NCBI GenBank assembly: GCA_963759775.1
Contig: CAVXAH010000001.1
Location: 144,682 to 208,681 of the forward strand
Direction: 5' to 3'
Source of the DNA: an uncultured bacterium
GTDB lineage: Bacteria > Patescibacteriota > Minisyncoccia > Phycocordibacterales > Phycocordibacteraceae
Length of the DNA stretch: 64,000 nucleotides
This document shows positions 1 through 9,694 of this stretch, piece after piece. The position numbers were made by a program, and so were the translations under genes. The notes beneath the pieces were generated by a model. It searched no databases. It was not told where the DNA came from and worked only from the letters and a program-made list of their open reading frames with translations. Each line of letters begins with the position of its first letter. Position 1 is the stretch's first letter.

Positions 1-217
1 GAATATTTGTTGTCGCTTCAAAGCCCTCCGCAGCAAGGAGGACGGCTCTTGCACGATTTCCCGCAAGCACTGATGCCTCTTCTCCGTAGAGGTAGCTTCC
101 CACAAGCGTCGTTACCAACATAGCGAAGAGCGTGGTGGCTAATAAGACCTCAACGACTGAAAACCCCCTGTTCGCTCGTGTTTGATATCTTTTTTGTTTT
201 TTAGGATTTGAGTTCAT
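1..217 (-). CDS. type IV pilin-like / pseudopilin, N-terminal part only (gene runs off the left edge)
   Basis: Reverse-strand translation from the ATG at 217..215 gives MNSNPKKQKRYQTRANRGFSVVEVLLATTLFAMLVTTLVG. This is a prepilin G|F cleavage/methylation motif followed by a hydrophobic helix. It is absent from the ORF track because no stop lies within the window. Confidence 0.6.
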   Translation of the reverse strand, partial: MNSNPKKQKRYQTRANRGFSVVEVLLATTLFAMLVTTLVGSYLYGEEASVLAGNRARAVLLAAEGFEATTNI

Positions 218-257
218 TGGTTGTTTTTTCCCTTTACACGATTTCACCAAGGAGAAA

Positions 258-698
258 TCAATAGTTCACGGTCCCCTTTGTGTTGAGGGCGACGACTCTC
301 GTTTCGTTGTTCGGCGAAGAAAAGGTTGTTGTTCCGACTGTGTTTGGGAGACCAGTAAATTTGGTAAACCGGTATTCGTTGGTACCCGTTACGCTCACGC
401 CGCCTGACGTTGCGAACGACTCATCTGCAGACACGTCTCTTGTCGCATAGGTAGCACCCTTGAAAATAGTAATGGTGCTTGTCGCCACATACACGCCCCA
501 TCCACTATCACCCTCCATCGCCCGAGAAAGAACGCTGGCGCGACGCAAGCCTTGAGCAAGACTTGTCGCCGCAACCTCAAGATTATTTCTGTTTTGAAGT
601 ATTTGGTAGATCGGGGCACCCATGCCGGTAATGAGGGCAATCATCGCAACCGAGAGAAGCATTTCAAGTAGGGTAAAACCTCTCCTGTTTTCTTTCAT
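258..698 (-). CDS. type IV pilin-like / T2SS pseudopilin
   Basis: The N-terminus MKENRRGFTLLEMLLSVAMIALITG is a prepilin-type N-terminal methylation motif (GFTLLE) plus a hydrophobic helix. It sits in an operon with pilC and pilB. Confidence 0.75.
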   Translation of the reverse strand: MKENRRGFTLLEMLLSVAMIALITGMGAPIYQILQNRNNLEVAATSLAQGLRRASVLSRAMEGDSGWGVYVATSTITIFKGATYATRDVSADESFATSGGVSVTGTNEYRFTKFTGLPNTVGTTTFSSPNNETRVVALNTKGTVNY

Positions 699-701
699 AT
701 C

Positions 702-1817
702 TTAGGTTTGAAGACCACCCACAAGAGAGTAGATAGGCAAAATCACCGCAAGAGCCACTGCTACCACTCCAAGCCACACAATCACGAGGAGTACTGGCTC
801 TAAAATAATTGAAATATTTTTAGTGGTTGTCTCCACCTTTCCTTCGTACGTACTACTTATGGAAAGGAGTGTTCTTGAGAGACTTCCCGCCCGTTCCCCA
901 GTCATCACGAGACGCTGAATTGTTACTGGCATTATCCGATCAAGGTGAGGATATCCTCTAAAGGTTTGTTCAAAAGAATTTCCTTCGGCAACACTTTGTT
1001 CAAGATATATGTACAGATTCTGATACGCCGGTATCGTCGTCGCTTGCGTAAGTGTATGCAGTGCGCGGGTGATAGGAAGTCCTGCCGAGAGTAGGGTGCC
1101 GAGCAAGTAGCTGAAGCGTGCAAGCTCTACTTCTTTGATTAGATTTCCGATACCCGGAGCTCGAAGAAGCATTGCCTGACCAATGAACTTTGTTTTTGAA
1201 AAGAAAAATATAAAGAAAATTAATAAACTGAGAACCGCGAGAAAACCTGGCACCGCAACCGATCCGTGAACAGCAAGAAAATTACCCGCTCCAATCAGCA
1301 TTTTGGTGATAAGCGGAAGTTTTATCTTGAGCTGGGAGAAGACGGCGGCGAGCTTAGGGAGAATAAACCACGCAATGCCAATACCAAGAACGACCGTCAA
1401 ACTAAGTACAAATACAGGGTAAAGCATAGCCGAACGGATTCGCGAACGAAAAAGGCGAGACTTTTCTTCCTGCTCGGCAACAAGTCGCATATTTTGCGAT
1501 AATTTTCCCGACTCTTCACCGCTTCGAATAAGAGACAGCGCCGTCACCGAAAATATGTCTGGGGCGGCGAGGGCCTTCCAAAGGGGAGAGCCTTCCTGAA
1601 TATCTTCACGGATACCTTTGATGAGACGTGTGAGTGCGCGCGACCTACTTCCCTCTTCTATTGTTTGAAGCGCCTCAAGCACCGTCATACCCGAGGTAAT
1701 AAGGGTGCTTAAATTCTGGAGCAAGTAATCACGCTCACCGCCAAGACCAATTTTTGAAAAAGACAAAGAAAGGCGTGCCTTTGTCTCTTGAAAGAGTGTA
1801 GAGAGAAAGTTAGTCAT
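702..1817 (-). CDS. pilC: type II secretion system F / PilC platform protein
   Basis: This is a polytopic membrane protein with duplicated GspF-type repeats (LxxSGxxLxxAL motifs, e.g. LITSGMTVLEALQT and LLSAGLPITRALHT). The ORF extends to 1853, but the Met at 1817 (MTNFLSTLF) gives only a small overlap with pilB. Confidence 0.8.
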   Translation of the reverse strand: MTNFLSTLFQETKARLSLSFSKIGLGGERDYLLQNLSTLITSGMTVLEALQTIEEGSRSRALTRLIKGIREDIQEGSPLWKALAAPDIFSVTALSLIRSGEESGKLSQNMRLVAEQEEKSRLFRSRIRSAMLYPVFVLSLTVVLGIGIAWFILPKLAAVFSQLKIKLPLITKMLIGAGNFLAVHGSVAVPGFLAVLSLLIFFIFFFSKTKFIGQAMLLRAPGIGNLIKEVELARFSYLLGTLLSAGLPITRALHTLTQATTIPAYQNLYIYLEQSVAEGNSFEQTFRGYPHLDRIMPVTIQRLVMTGERAGSLSRTLLSISSTYEGKVETTTKNISIILEPVLLVIVWLGVVAVALAVILPIYSLVGGLQT

Positions 1818-3453
1818 CAAGGGGCGGCTCCGCAACACGAACCAATTCCTCAATTGTCGTCACCCCTTTTTTCACCTTACCAAGTCCGTCTTCAAACATA
1901 GAGACTGTTCCCTGCTTCTTTGCGAGTGCCCGAATAACTTGCGCTGGCGGTGAAGTAAGAACCAATTCTTGTATTTCAGGGGTAATGCGGATGAGCTCAA
2001 AAATGGCAGTGCGCCCACGGTATCCCGTATCACCACAAGCATTGCATCCTTTTCCACGATAGAGAGTAAGTTCTTTTTTTCCAAAGAAACGCGCGGTGAG
2101 TTTTGCGGGAAGCGCCACATCGGAGACCGACACGACGATACTTTGTCTACAATGATCACAAATCTTTCGAACCAACCTCTGTGCAACAATAATATTTAAT
2201 GTTGAGGCGAGAAGAAATGGCTCAATGTCCATCTCAAGGAGGCGTGGGAGAGACGTCGCGGCATCGTTTGCATGAAAGGTAGAAAGGAGAAGATGCCCCG
2301 TAAGAGCGGCGTTCACCGCTATCTCCGCTGTTTCTTGATCTCTAATTTCTCCTACCAAAATAATATCAGGATCCTGTCGCAAAATAGACTTTAGCCCGTG
2401 AGCAAAAGTGAGGCTCGTCTCTGGATTAACTTGAATCTGGTTTATGTTGGCAACTTTAAATTCAACGGGGTCTTCAATTGTGGTGATGTTTACTCCCGGC
2501 TGGTTGAGCGACCGAAGGAGCGTATAAAGCGTTGTCGTTTTGCCAGATCCGGTCGGACCAACAATAAGGACCATGCCGTACGGACGGTCTGCGGCATCCC
2601 GAAAAATCTTCTCGTTTTCAGGAGTAAAACCAATATCGGAAAGCGCAAGGCCGCCAAGATACGTTGCGAGAAGACGAAGCACTACTTTCTCCCCCTCAAC
2701 GGTCGGTACTACAGAGGTACGGATATCCAGTGCCACTCCGTCTTTCATGAATTGCATGGAACCGTCTTGCGCCGCAAAATGCTCATCAATACGGAGCCGG
2801 CTTTGGACTTTGATGCGGTTCAATACGTTTTCATAGCGGTCGCGCGAGATACGACCCGCCTCTTGGAGTACGCCGTCAATGCGAAAACGGAGGGCAACAT
2901 CTTCGGTCTGTGGCTCAAAGTGCACGTCGGATGCATGAAGCGTAATCGCGTCAGAGAGAATTTGCTCAAGCATCTCGGGAGCGATTTTTCCTTTTCCTTC
3001 TATGATGCTCGTCAGCCGAGTGGCAAGCGAGGTACGATAATTTTCAAAAACCACATCAAGGTCTTCAGACAAGGAATACGCTACGTAAATTTCTCGATCT
3101 TTAAAAAGAGTCTTCAGGGTAGCGAGTTTTGGGTTTTGTGGGTCGTCGGTTGTGATGACGATATGCTCAGGTGTTTCCTCAAAAAGAACGACTCGAAGAT
3201 CTCTTGCGGTGGCTTCAGGAATCTTGAGTACCTGTTCCTTTGAGGGTGTTTTTGAGTTGAGGTCGGCGTAGGGAACGCCAAATGATTCAGAAACTGCTTG
3301 TCCCAAAAGGTCGCCCGTAATGAGCTTGTTCTCCAGAAGATAAGTTGCGAGAGGGTTCTTTCCTACTGCTTCCAAATCCTTTTCGGCAACATAGTTCTCT
3401 CGGACGAGAATCTCCCTTAATTTTGCGTCGTCAATACGCATAGGCTTAGGCAA
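1810..3453 (-). CDS. pilB: GspE/PilB-family type IV pilus / T2SS assembly ATPase
   Basis: It carries Walker A GPTGSGKTTT, the Asp box and Walker B region LRQDPDIILVGEIRD, and a C-terminal tetracysteine (CxxC...CxxC) motif. Confidence 0.9.
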   Translation of the reverse strand: MPKPMRIDDAKLREILVRENYVAEKDLEAVGKNPLATYLLENKLITGDLLGQAVSESFGVPYADLNSKTPSKEQVLKIPEATARDLRVVLFEETPEHIVITTDDPQNPKLATLKTLFKDREIYVAYSLSEDLDVVFENYRTSLATRLTSIIEGKGKIAPEMLEQILSDAITLHASDVHFEPQTEDVALRFRIDGVLQEAGRISRDRYENVLNRIKVQSRLRIDEHFAAQDGSMQFMKDGVALDIRTSVVPTVEGEKVVLRLLATYLGGLALSDIGFTPENEKIFRDAADRPYGMVLIVGPTGSGKTTTLYTLLRSLNQPGVNITTIEDPVEFKVANINQIQVNPETSLTFAHGLKSILRQDPDIILVGEIRDQETAEIAVNAALTGHLLLSTFHANDAATSLPRLLEMDIEPFLLASTLNIIVAQRLVRKICDHCRQSIVVSVSDVALPAKLTARFFGKKELTLYRGKGCNACGDTGYRGRTAIFELIRITPEIQELVLTSPPAQVIRALAKKQGTVSMFEDGLGKVKKGVTTIEELVRVAEPPLDD

Positions 3454-3817
3454 GCACCTGTTTCACCTTGTCCACAATTTCGGAAAGAGGGGTATTTGAT
3501 TTAATGAGAAAATCCGTTGCACCAAGCTCGCGTGCTTTCTTCTCGTCCTCTAGCTGACTTAGGTTAGTCATCACCATAATTGGAGTCTTGAAATCTTTTA
3601 TCAGTCTGAATTTTGCGAGCGCGTCAAAACCATTCATTAGTGGCATTACGAGATCAAGCATTATGAGGTCAAACTTCTTTTTTTCCACAGAATCAACCGC
3701 TGCGGCGCCGTCATATACCGTAGTGACATCGTACCCCTCGTGGGTGAGCTTGAGAGTGAGTGCGTTTGCCATTGGTCTTTCGTCTTCAGCGACCAATATG
3801 CTTTTTTTAATGTCCAT
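3446..3817 (-). CDS. single-domain response regulator (CheY-like receiver)
   Basis: MDIKKSILVAEDE...DLIMLDLVMPLMNGFD...PIMVMTNL...GATDFLIK is a receiver domain with the phospho-acceptor Asp context. The ORF upstream of Met 3817 is probably non-coding. Confidence 0.85.
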   Translation of the reverse strand: MDIKKSILVAEDERPMANALTLKLTHEGYDVTTVYDGAAAVDSVEKKKFDLIMLDLVMPLMNGFDALAKFRLIKDFKTPIMVMTNLSQLEDEKKARELGATDFLIKSNTPLSEIVDKVKQVLA

Positions 3818-3863
3818 ATCTTTCGGTTCAGTATAGCAGGCACTTAGCGGTATACTCTTCCCT

Positions 3864-4835
3864 ATGCACATCTATATCACCCGACCTATTCCAAGTTCTG
3901 GAAAAGCTCTGCTCATCGCGCATGGATATGAGGTAACGGCAAATGATGAAGACCGTGTTCTCTCGAAGGCCGAGCTTTGCGCGGAGCTAAAAAAAGGCAC
4001 GTATGACGCGATGCTCTGCCTCCTCACCGACCGTATTGATGAGGAGGTGCTTGTCGCCGCGGGACCTACCTGCAAAATCATCGCCAATTACGCAGTCGGG
4101 TTTGACAACATTGACGTGGTCGCGGCGAAGAAACGTGGTGTCCTTGTTTCAAACACTCCCGGCGTTCTTTCAGATGCTGTCGCAGAGCACACCATTGCAC
4201 TAATGATGACCCTTGCACGGCGCGTGGTTGAGGCGGATAGCTTTGTGCGTACCGGTAAATATGAAGCGTGGGGCGCAATGCTTATGCTTGGTACTGAACT
4301 CACAAAAAAGACGCTTGGGATTATTGGTCTCGGTGCGATAGGTCGCCGTGTTGCACACATTGCAAGCCGTGGGTTTGGGATGCGAGTGTGTTACTACGAT
4401 GTGAAGCCTTCTCCCGATTTAGAGAAAGAGTACGGTGCAGAGTTTTGCTCGTCTGTTGATGCGGTATGCGAAAATGCAGACGTCATAACTCTCCATGTAC
4501 CACTCCTTCCTTCCACCACTCACCTTATAGATGAGCGTCGCTTGCGCCTGATGAAACCAAGCGCACTCCTCATCAACACTTCTCGCGGACCCGTTATAGA
4601 TGAAGTGGCGCTCGTAGAGGCACTTAAAGAAAAAGTCATTACTGGCGCGGCACTTGATGTATTTGAGCACGAACCAGCACTTTCCCCTGGGTTAGCGACG
4701 CTTTCAAATGTTGTTCTCACTCCCCATATTGCTTCTGCGACCACAGAAGCCAGAGACGCGATGGCAGAAACCGCAGCCGCAAACATCATTGCTGCACTTG
4801 AGGGCAAAACTCCTCCGAATCTCGTTGTCGTTTAG
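3864..4835 (+). CDS. D-isomer-specific 2-hydroxyacid dehydrogenase (glyoxylate/hydroxypyruvate reductase or D-glycerate dehydrogenase-like)
   Basis: It has the NAD-binding motif GIIGLGAIGRRVA and the catalytic region NTSRG...D...LD...E...TPHIAS. Confidence 0.85.
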   Translation: MHIYITRPIPSSGKALLIAHGYEVTANDEDRVLSKAELCAELKKGTYDAMLCLLTDRIDEEVLVAAGPTCKIIANYAVGFDNIDVVAAKKRGVLVSNTPGVLSDAVAEHTIALMMTLARRVVEADSFVRTGKYEAWGAMLMLGTELTKKTLGIIGLGAIGRRVAHIASRGFGMRVCYYDVKPSPDLEKEYGAEFCSSVDAVCENADVITLHVPLLPSTTHLIDERRLRLMKPSALLINTSRGPVIDEVALVEALKEKVITGAALDVFEHEPALSPGLATLSNVVLTPHIASATTEARDAMAETAAANIIAALEGKTPPNLVVV

Positions 4836-5058
4836 AGCCTCTTTTAAAACTCTCGCTTGGCATTTACAAAAGACGGTACGCGTCGCCGCCCCAGCCAGGC
4901 GGTGCGCTCGCGCTCGTACGCGCAAGCGGTGCAAGGACGCACCGCACCATGCTTGCCGTCCGTGCAGACACGGACGGTTTCGGTTCAGAAACCGAAACGC
5001 TCCCTATGCGAGCCCGTCTTTTGCAAACGCCGCTCGCGCATACTTTTTAAAATAAGCT
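4836..5058. other. GC-rich multi-hairpin element filling the gap between two convergent genes (candidate structured RNA or complex bidirectional terminator)
   Basis: Three perfect hairpins lie at 4926-4945, 4958-4975 and 4977-4998; the last two share a CAGA loop. They are enclosed by a long-range pairing of 4867-4876 (caaaagacgg) with 5014-5023 (ccgtcttttg) and by A/T-rich ends. Confidence 0.4.
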
Positions 5059-5448
5059 CTAACGGTTTGTCCATTTTACGATTCGGTACGAAAGGTATCC
5101 GAGAAGGCCAAGCTGAATGGTGGGCGTAAGCCCCGTGCCGATTAGAGGAACAATCGGCATGAGTTCGCTATATGCCCACCTCCCTGTCTGAAGCGCCCAG
5201 AGCTCAATACTGATTGCGAGTACAACCCCACACACCACAATGAACCACGTGCGTTTTTGTAGTGCCGAAATAAAAAAGAAGGGGAGCGCGATAAGCGTAA
5301 TGAAAAGTGCGTCTGCAAAAGTGGCGTGGAGCAGCACCGATTCCGTAATCCCCGCACCTTGGTAATGCACATACAAAAACGCGTGGGCGTGTTCCCACGC
5401 ATAGTTGAGTAAAAAAGAAACTACAAAAAGGAGTGTGGCTACTTTCGG
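5059..5448 (-). CDS. hypothetical integral membrane protein
   Basis: The sequence from MPKVATLLFVVSFLLNYAWEHAHAF... has about four hydrophobic helices. The ORF track extends to 5586, but that extension is hydrophilic and basic and is probably untranslated. Confidence 0.55.
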   Translation of the reverse strand, partial: PKVATLLFVVSFLLNYAWEHAHAFLYVHYQGAGITESVLLHATFADALFITLIALPFFFISALQKRTWFIVVCGVVLAISIELWALQTGRWAYSELMPIVPLIGTGLTPTIQLGLLGYLSYRIVKWTNR

Positions 5449-5777
5449 CATTCGCTCAAGTATAAAGGAGAGGGCGACTCTTCCACAGGAAGCTCCGCCA
5501 TATAGCGGAGCTTCCTTGCGCCGTTCATTCTCCCTGTGGACACGATCCTTGTGGTTACAAAGCGTCCCGAGGTGCGTATATCCCATACGCTTGGTTGGGA
5601 CTGTAAAGTGTGTTTAGGATCTTCCGAGATGAGAATGAACCTACCTATAAGTCTCTACCTCCCCTTCCCCATGTCAAGAAAAAACTCCGGAAAAAGTTCC
5701 GGATATCAGGTGTATAAGTATGTATAAGTCATAAACCTACCGTCTCTGGCTTCGGAGAGTGGTGTACCATAGGGTAA

Positions 5778-6503
5778 ATGTCTCAAATTTCCTTTGTCAT
5801 CCCCACCCTCTCCGAAGAGCAGTTTCTGGAGAAAACTCTCGCAAACTTGAACAATCTTTCTATTTCTCACGAAATAATCCTTAGCGATGGTGGAAGCAAA
5901 GACCGCACGCTTGAAATAGCAAGGCGCTATACAAATAAAATAGTCGTGTGGGGTGAGTCCCGTAGGCAAACATTTGGTGAGGCAAAAAACGCGGGTGCGG
6001 CGCTTGCTACCGGAGAGTTTTTGGTTTTTATAGATGCGGATGTGATAATTCCTTCGCCACAAGCATTCTTTGAAGAATTCCTTCGCGTATTTAACGCAAA
6101 TCCAAAATTGCTCGCCTCAACCGTGCCACTCAAACCTCTTGCCGAGAATCATTCACTTGTGGATGCTTTTTTCTGCGCGCCGCTCAATTGGTTCTATGTG
6201 ATTTCAAATAATCTGTTCCATTCAGGCAATTCTTCAGGAGAATTCCAAATGATTCGCCGGAGCGCATTTGAGAAAATTGGCGGCTTCGCGACACATCTCG
6301 CCGCAGGCGAAGACAACGACTTATTCCGTCGCATCGCTCTCCATGGCCGAACGATGTCCTACAGAAAACTCTGTGCCAGGCACTCACTTCGCCGCGCTCA
6401 CAAATGGGGTTGGACAAAGACGTATTATGTTTGGATAAAAAACGGCTTTTCCGTCATGTTTCGCAACAAAGCAGCGTACAAAGAGTGGGCTATAGTTCGC
6501 TAG
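5778..6503 (+). CDS. family 2 glycosyltransferase
   Basis: It has an N-terminal GT-A fold signature: SFVIPTLSEE...ILSDGGSKDRT...FIDADV (DxD). Confidence 0.8.
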   Translation: MSQISFVIPTLSEEQFLEKTLANLNNLSISHEIILSDGGSKDRTLEIARRYTNKIVVWGESRRQTFGEAKNAGAALATGEFLVFIDADVIIPSPQAFFEEFLRVFNANPKLLASTVPLKPLAENHSLVDAFFCAPLNWFYVISNNLFHSGNSSGEFQMIRRSAFEKIGGFATHLAAGEDNDLFRRIALHGRTMSYRKLCARHSLRRAHKWGWTKTYYVWIKNGFSVMFRNKAAYKEWAIVR

Positions 6504-7516
6504 ACGCACGGAACAAGATTTTTAACGAAAATATCTACCGATCTATTCCACGTGTAGCGAAGTGCTGTCTTGCGACACGCTTCGCGCGAAAGCGTAAGGG
6601 CTTTTAGCGCCGCTTCGCCAAGGTCTTCGCTTAAATAACCGTCAACACCTTGCGTAATAATATCGCTTGGCCCCATAACGTTGTGGGCCGCAACGGGCAC
6701 GCCGCACGCAAGTGCTTCAATGATGACAAGTCCGAAGGTCTCGGTGCGCGACGGGAAGACAAGTACATTCGCACATGAAAGCCAGTCAACAAGCGCCTGC
6801 CCGTGTTGATACCCAACGAAATGGGCGTGCGGAAAGCGTTTTTCAAGAGCGGCCCGGTCAGGCCCATCTCCAATGACGAGTTTGGTTCCCGGAAGGCTCA
6901 GCGCGAGAAACTCGTCTACACTTTTTTCCGGCGCAAGGCGTCCGCAGTAGGCAAACACAGGCGACTTCAGGGGTGGAAGGTTTGGTTTTTCGTTACGTAC
7001 AAAAAGTTCGGTATCTACCCCGAGCGGCCAGGACACGAGATGTTTGAATCCGACTATGGAGAGTTCTTTCCGCAGACTCTCGCTTTCCGTTGCAATCATA
7101 GTACGCACCGCCGCACTATGGAACCAGCGCAAGTAAGCGTACGCGAGCTTGGTGAAAAAATCCCCGACGCGCGCCTTAAGGTACAGCTGAAAGTGCGTGT
7201 GATACGAGGTAGTGAATGGAATATTCTCGGATTTACATACAGACCTTGCCGCCAACCCCAAAGTGCCTTCGGTCGTAATGTGTACCGCGTCGGGTTTAGA
7301 TGCTTTTAAAAGACGGCGAAGTTTCTGACGTGGAAAGACAGCTAGGGGTGCTTCAGGCAAAAAAGGAAACGGAACCGTCATAAACTGTTGCGGTTCAATA
7401 ATCGTTACCGTATATCCTCGCTTCTCAAGAAGGTTCTGAAGCATCGTGAGCACGCGCACTGCCCCGTTCACTTGCGGGTGCCATGCATCGGTCACAATAG
7501 AGATGCGGCGTATCAT
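6500..7516 (-). CDS. GT-B fold glycosyltransferase (family 4 / GT1-type)
   Basis: It starts with ISIVTDAWHPQVNGAV and has the C-terminal EX7E-type region PSRTETFGLVIIEALACGVPVAA. Confidence 0.8.
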   Translation of the reverse strand: MIRRISIVTDAWHPQVNGAVRVLTMLQNLLEKRGYTVTIIEPQQFMTVPFPFLPEAPLAVFPRQKLRRLLKASKPDAVHITTEGTLGLAARSVCKSENIPFTTSYHTHFQLYLKARVGDFFTKLAYAYLRWFHSAAVRTMIATESESLRKELSIVGFKHLVSWPLGVDTELFVRNEKPNLPPLKSPVFAYCGRLAPEKSVDEFLALSLPGTKLVIGDGPDRAALEKRFPHAHFVGYQHGQALVDWLSCANVLVFPSRTETFGLVIIEALACGVPVAAHNVMGPSDIITQGVDGYLSEDLGEAALKALTLSREACRKTALRYTWNRSVDIFVKNLVPCV

Positions 7517-7522
7517 ATGGGA

Positions 7523-8137
7523 CTATCCTGATTTTTCAATATCTTCAATAAGGTTTTTGGAGACTGCACGACGACGAACGTAATGCATGGTCACGTAGTA
7601 TGCAATCGTCACGACGGTAATGCCTGCAATGGCATACTGTATGTTTTTGAAAATATTTTCAATGCTTCCTCCAAGGGCACTCCCAAAGAAATAGCCGAGT
7701 GCGAGCAGAAGTCCGTACTGAAATATTGCAACGATTGCGCCGTAGGTAAAAAAAGTGGAGAGCCGCATGCGTATCGCGCCGGCAAGCACGATAAAACCGG
7801 TTGCTACCCCATAGGCGAGCTTGCCGAAAAACATGGTCCGCAATGGATGGTGTTCCCATACTCGACGTACCTCATCAAAATGATTCTCGGAAACCCCAAT
7901 CCTTGAGAGTAAACGCCCCGCGAGTGCAGTGCGTGTCCCAAAGTATCCGAGTGCGTAATAAAACGCATCCTTTCCCATGTCAGTTACAAAAAAGACAATC
8001 GCAAGTACATAGAGATCGAGGACGCCCGCGGCGGCAAGTGTGCCCGCAACAAACGCCACAATTGGTCCTTCAATAACCGAGAGCGGAATGAGAATCCAGT
8101 ATCTATACGTGAGAACGAGCGCGGTGACGCTTTCCAT
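7523..8137 (-). CDS. DedA / SNARE-associated (VTT domain) membrane protein
   Basis: It is a polytopic membrane protein with the DedA-like motif region F..G..AA.G and GKLAYGVATGFIVLAG. Confidence 0.65.
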   Translation of the reverse strand: MESVTALVLTYRYWILIPLSVIEGPIVAFVAGTLAAAGVLDLYVLAIVFFVTDMGKDAFYYALGYFGTRTALAGRLLSRIGVSENHFDEVRRVWEHHPLRTMFFGKLAYGVATGFIVLAGAIRMRLSTFFTYGAIVAIFQYGLLLALGYFFGSALGGSIENIFKNIQYAIAGITVVTIAYYVTMHYVRRRAVSKNLIEDIEKSG

Positions 8138-8172
8138 AATCCGTACAGTATACCCTCACACCGCCCGGCGTC

Positions 8173-8733
8173 TTAGAACTCTAGCGCGAGGGTTGTTTTA
8201 TTCACGAGCGCAGCGAGATCTTCTTGTGTACGCGGAAGCTTTGAGGGGCGCGAGATGTCAACGAAGCCGACCACCGTAATGGTCACGTTCGTACAACCAC
8301 CAAGTGCGCGAGCAGAGCTCACTTTGCGTTCTCCAAGAATGACTTGGGCGTTAACCGGCAAGAGGACGTCAATGTGGTTTTCATAACGCGCATTCATGGT
8401 GTCGGCAATAACGCGATAACCAAAGAGTGGCGAGACGGCGTCGTAGTTACAGTATTTCCCCTCGGCATCCGTACCATCAATTGCAATGATGGTGCCGAAT
8501 GGAAGTTCATCGGCAAAGTCACGTGAACGCGCCGCAACCACTTCTGGGTTTGCGAACGAACCGCTTGCGGTGATGAGAGGGTCGCTGTCGGTTTGTCCGG
8601 GCACAGCGTTATAAGCCGTGAGCGTAACCGGATAGGTATAGACCGGAGATCCCGGTGCAGATGCGGTGGAAGGCGCCGCGGTTGCGGCGCTCCCCATAAC
8701 GAAAAGACCCATAAGGGCTGCAAAAATAGGCAT
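8173..8733 (-). CDS. secreted 3D-domain (RlpA/MltA-like double-psi beta-barrel) protein
   Basis: It has a signal-like N-terminus (MPIFAALMGLFVMGSAATA), then LTAYNAVPGQTDSDPLITASG...AARSRDF...LPFGTIIAIDG, typical of 3D domains. The ORF-track start at 8808 is a TTG that coincides with a TTGACA -35 box. Confidence 0.6.
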   Translation of the reverse strand: MPIFAALMGLFVMGSAATAAPSTASAPGSPVYTYPVTLTAYNAVPGQTDSDPLITASGSFANPEVVAARSRDFADELPFGTIIAIDGTDAEGKYCNYDAVSPLFGYRVIADTMNARYENHIDVLLPVNAQVILGERKVSSARALGGCTNVTITVVGFVDISRPSKLPRTQEDLAALVNKTTLALEF

Positions 8734-8779
8734 AACGATGTTAAAAGCGAAAAGCAGCGCGTAGCTGCTCGTTATTTCC

Positions 8780-8808
8780 ACTATAGCATATTGACAATAC
8801 GCTGTCAA
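8780..8808 (-). promoter_or_regulatory. sigma-70-like promoter for the 3D-domain gene
   Basis: On the reverse strand the order is TTGACA (8808-8803), a 17 nt spacer, then TATAGT (8785-8780). Confidence 0.45.
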
Positions 8809-8840
8809 GTGGTCCGCAAGCCCCGTGCTACCATCCCCAC

Positions 8841-9608
8841 ATGACCGTTTTTGAGAGCGTTCTGCTCGGTATTGTGGAGGGTGTTACGGAGTTTTTACCC
8901 GTTTCTTCAACAGGGCACCTCATCCTCGTAAGTACCCTGCTCGGGATTTCGCAAACCGAGTTCGCCAAGTCGTTTGAGATTGCGATTCAGTCGGGCGCCA
9001 TACTTGCGGTGGTGGTTTTATATTGGAAATCTTTTTTTAATTGGCCTCTCCTCAAGAAAGTGGCTACCGCATTTCTCCCAACCGCACTCATCGGCCTCCT
9101 CCTCTATAAAACCGTAAAAACGTATCTCCTTGGAAATGAGTGGGTGGTGCTTGGGGCGCTCTTTGTGGGCGGCGTGGCACTTATTGCTTTTGAGAAATTC
9201 CACGGCGAGCGAGAAGGCGCGCACGACCTCTCTTCCCTCTCCTACCGCAACGCCGCCCTCATTGGCGTTGCCCAAGCGGTCGCTATTATCCCTGGCATCT
9301 CACGCTCGGCCGCCACTATCCTCGGTGGTCTTTCACTCAATCTCTCACGCGTCGCGATTGTGGAGTTTTCGTTTCTGCTTGCCGTACCCACCATGGCAGC
9401 TGCGACCGGTCTGGATCTCTTTAAGACAAGCGCATCCTTCTCTTCCCACGAATGGATTCTGCTTGGCATTGGCTTCGCCGTCTCATTTTTCGTCGCGCTT
9501 GCAGCCATCCGTTGGCTCCTCCGGTATGTACGCGGCCATTCCTTTGTCGCGTTTGGTATCTATCGCATCATTCTCTCGGTAGCCTTCGCGGCGTTTCTAT
9601 TCTTTTAG
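8841..9608 (+). CDS. uppP: undecaprenyl-diphosphate phosphatase (BacA/UppP)
   Basis: It has the conserved N-terminus GIVEGVTEFLPVSSTGHL and the later PGISRSAATI motif, with eight hydrophobic segments. Confidence 0.9.
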   Translation: MTVFESVLLGIVEGVTEFLPVSSTGHLILVSTLLGISQTEFAKSFEIAIQSGAILAVVVLYWKSFFNWPLLKKVATAFLPTALIGLLLYKTVKTYLLGNEWVVLGALFVGGVALIAFEKFHGEREGAHDLSSLSYRNAALIGVAQAVAIIPGISRSAATILGGLSLNLSRVAIVEFSFLLAVPTMAAATGLDLFKTSASFSSHEWILLGIGFAVSFFVALAAIRWLLRYVRGHSFVAFGIYRIILSVAFAAFLFF

Positions 9609-9694
9609 TGCAGAAATACAGAGGCTCTGCACTCTCTTCTTATCCACAGAAAACCGCGTAGCCGAGCCGTAAAAAGAGCATCCTGTCGTAAAAT

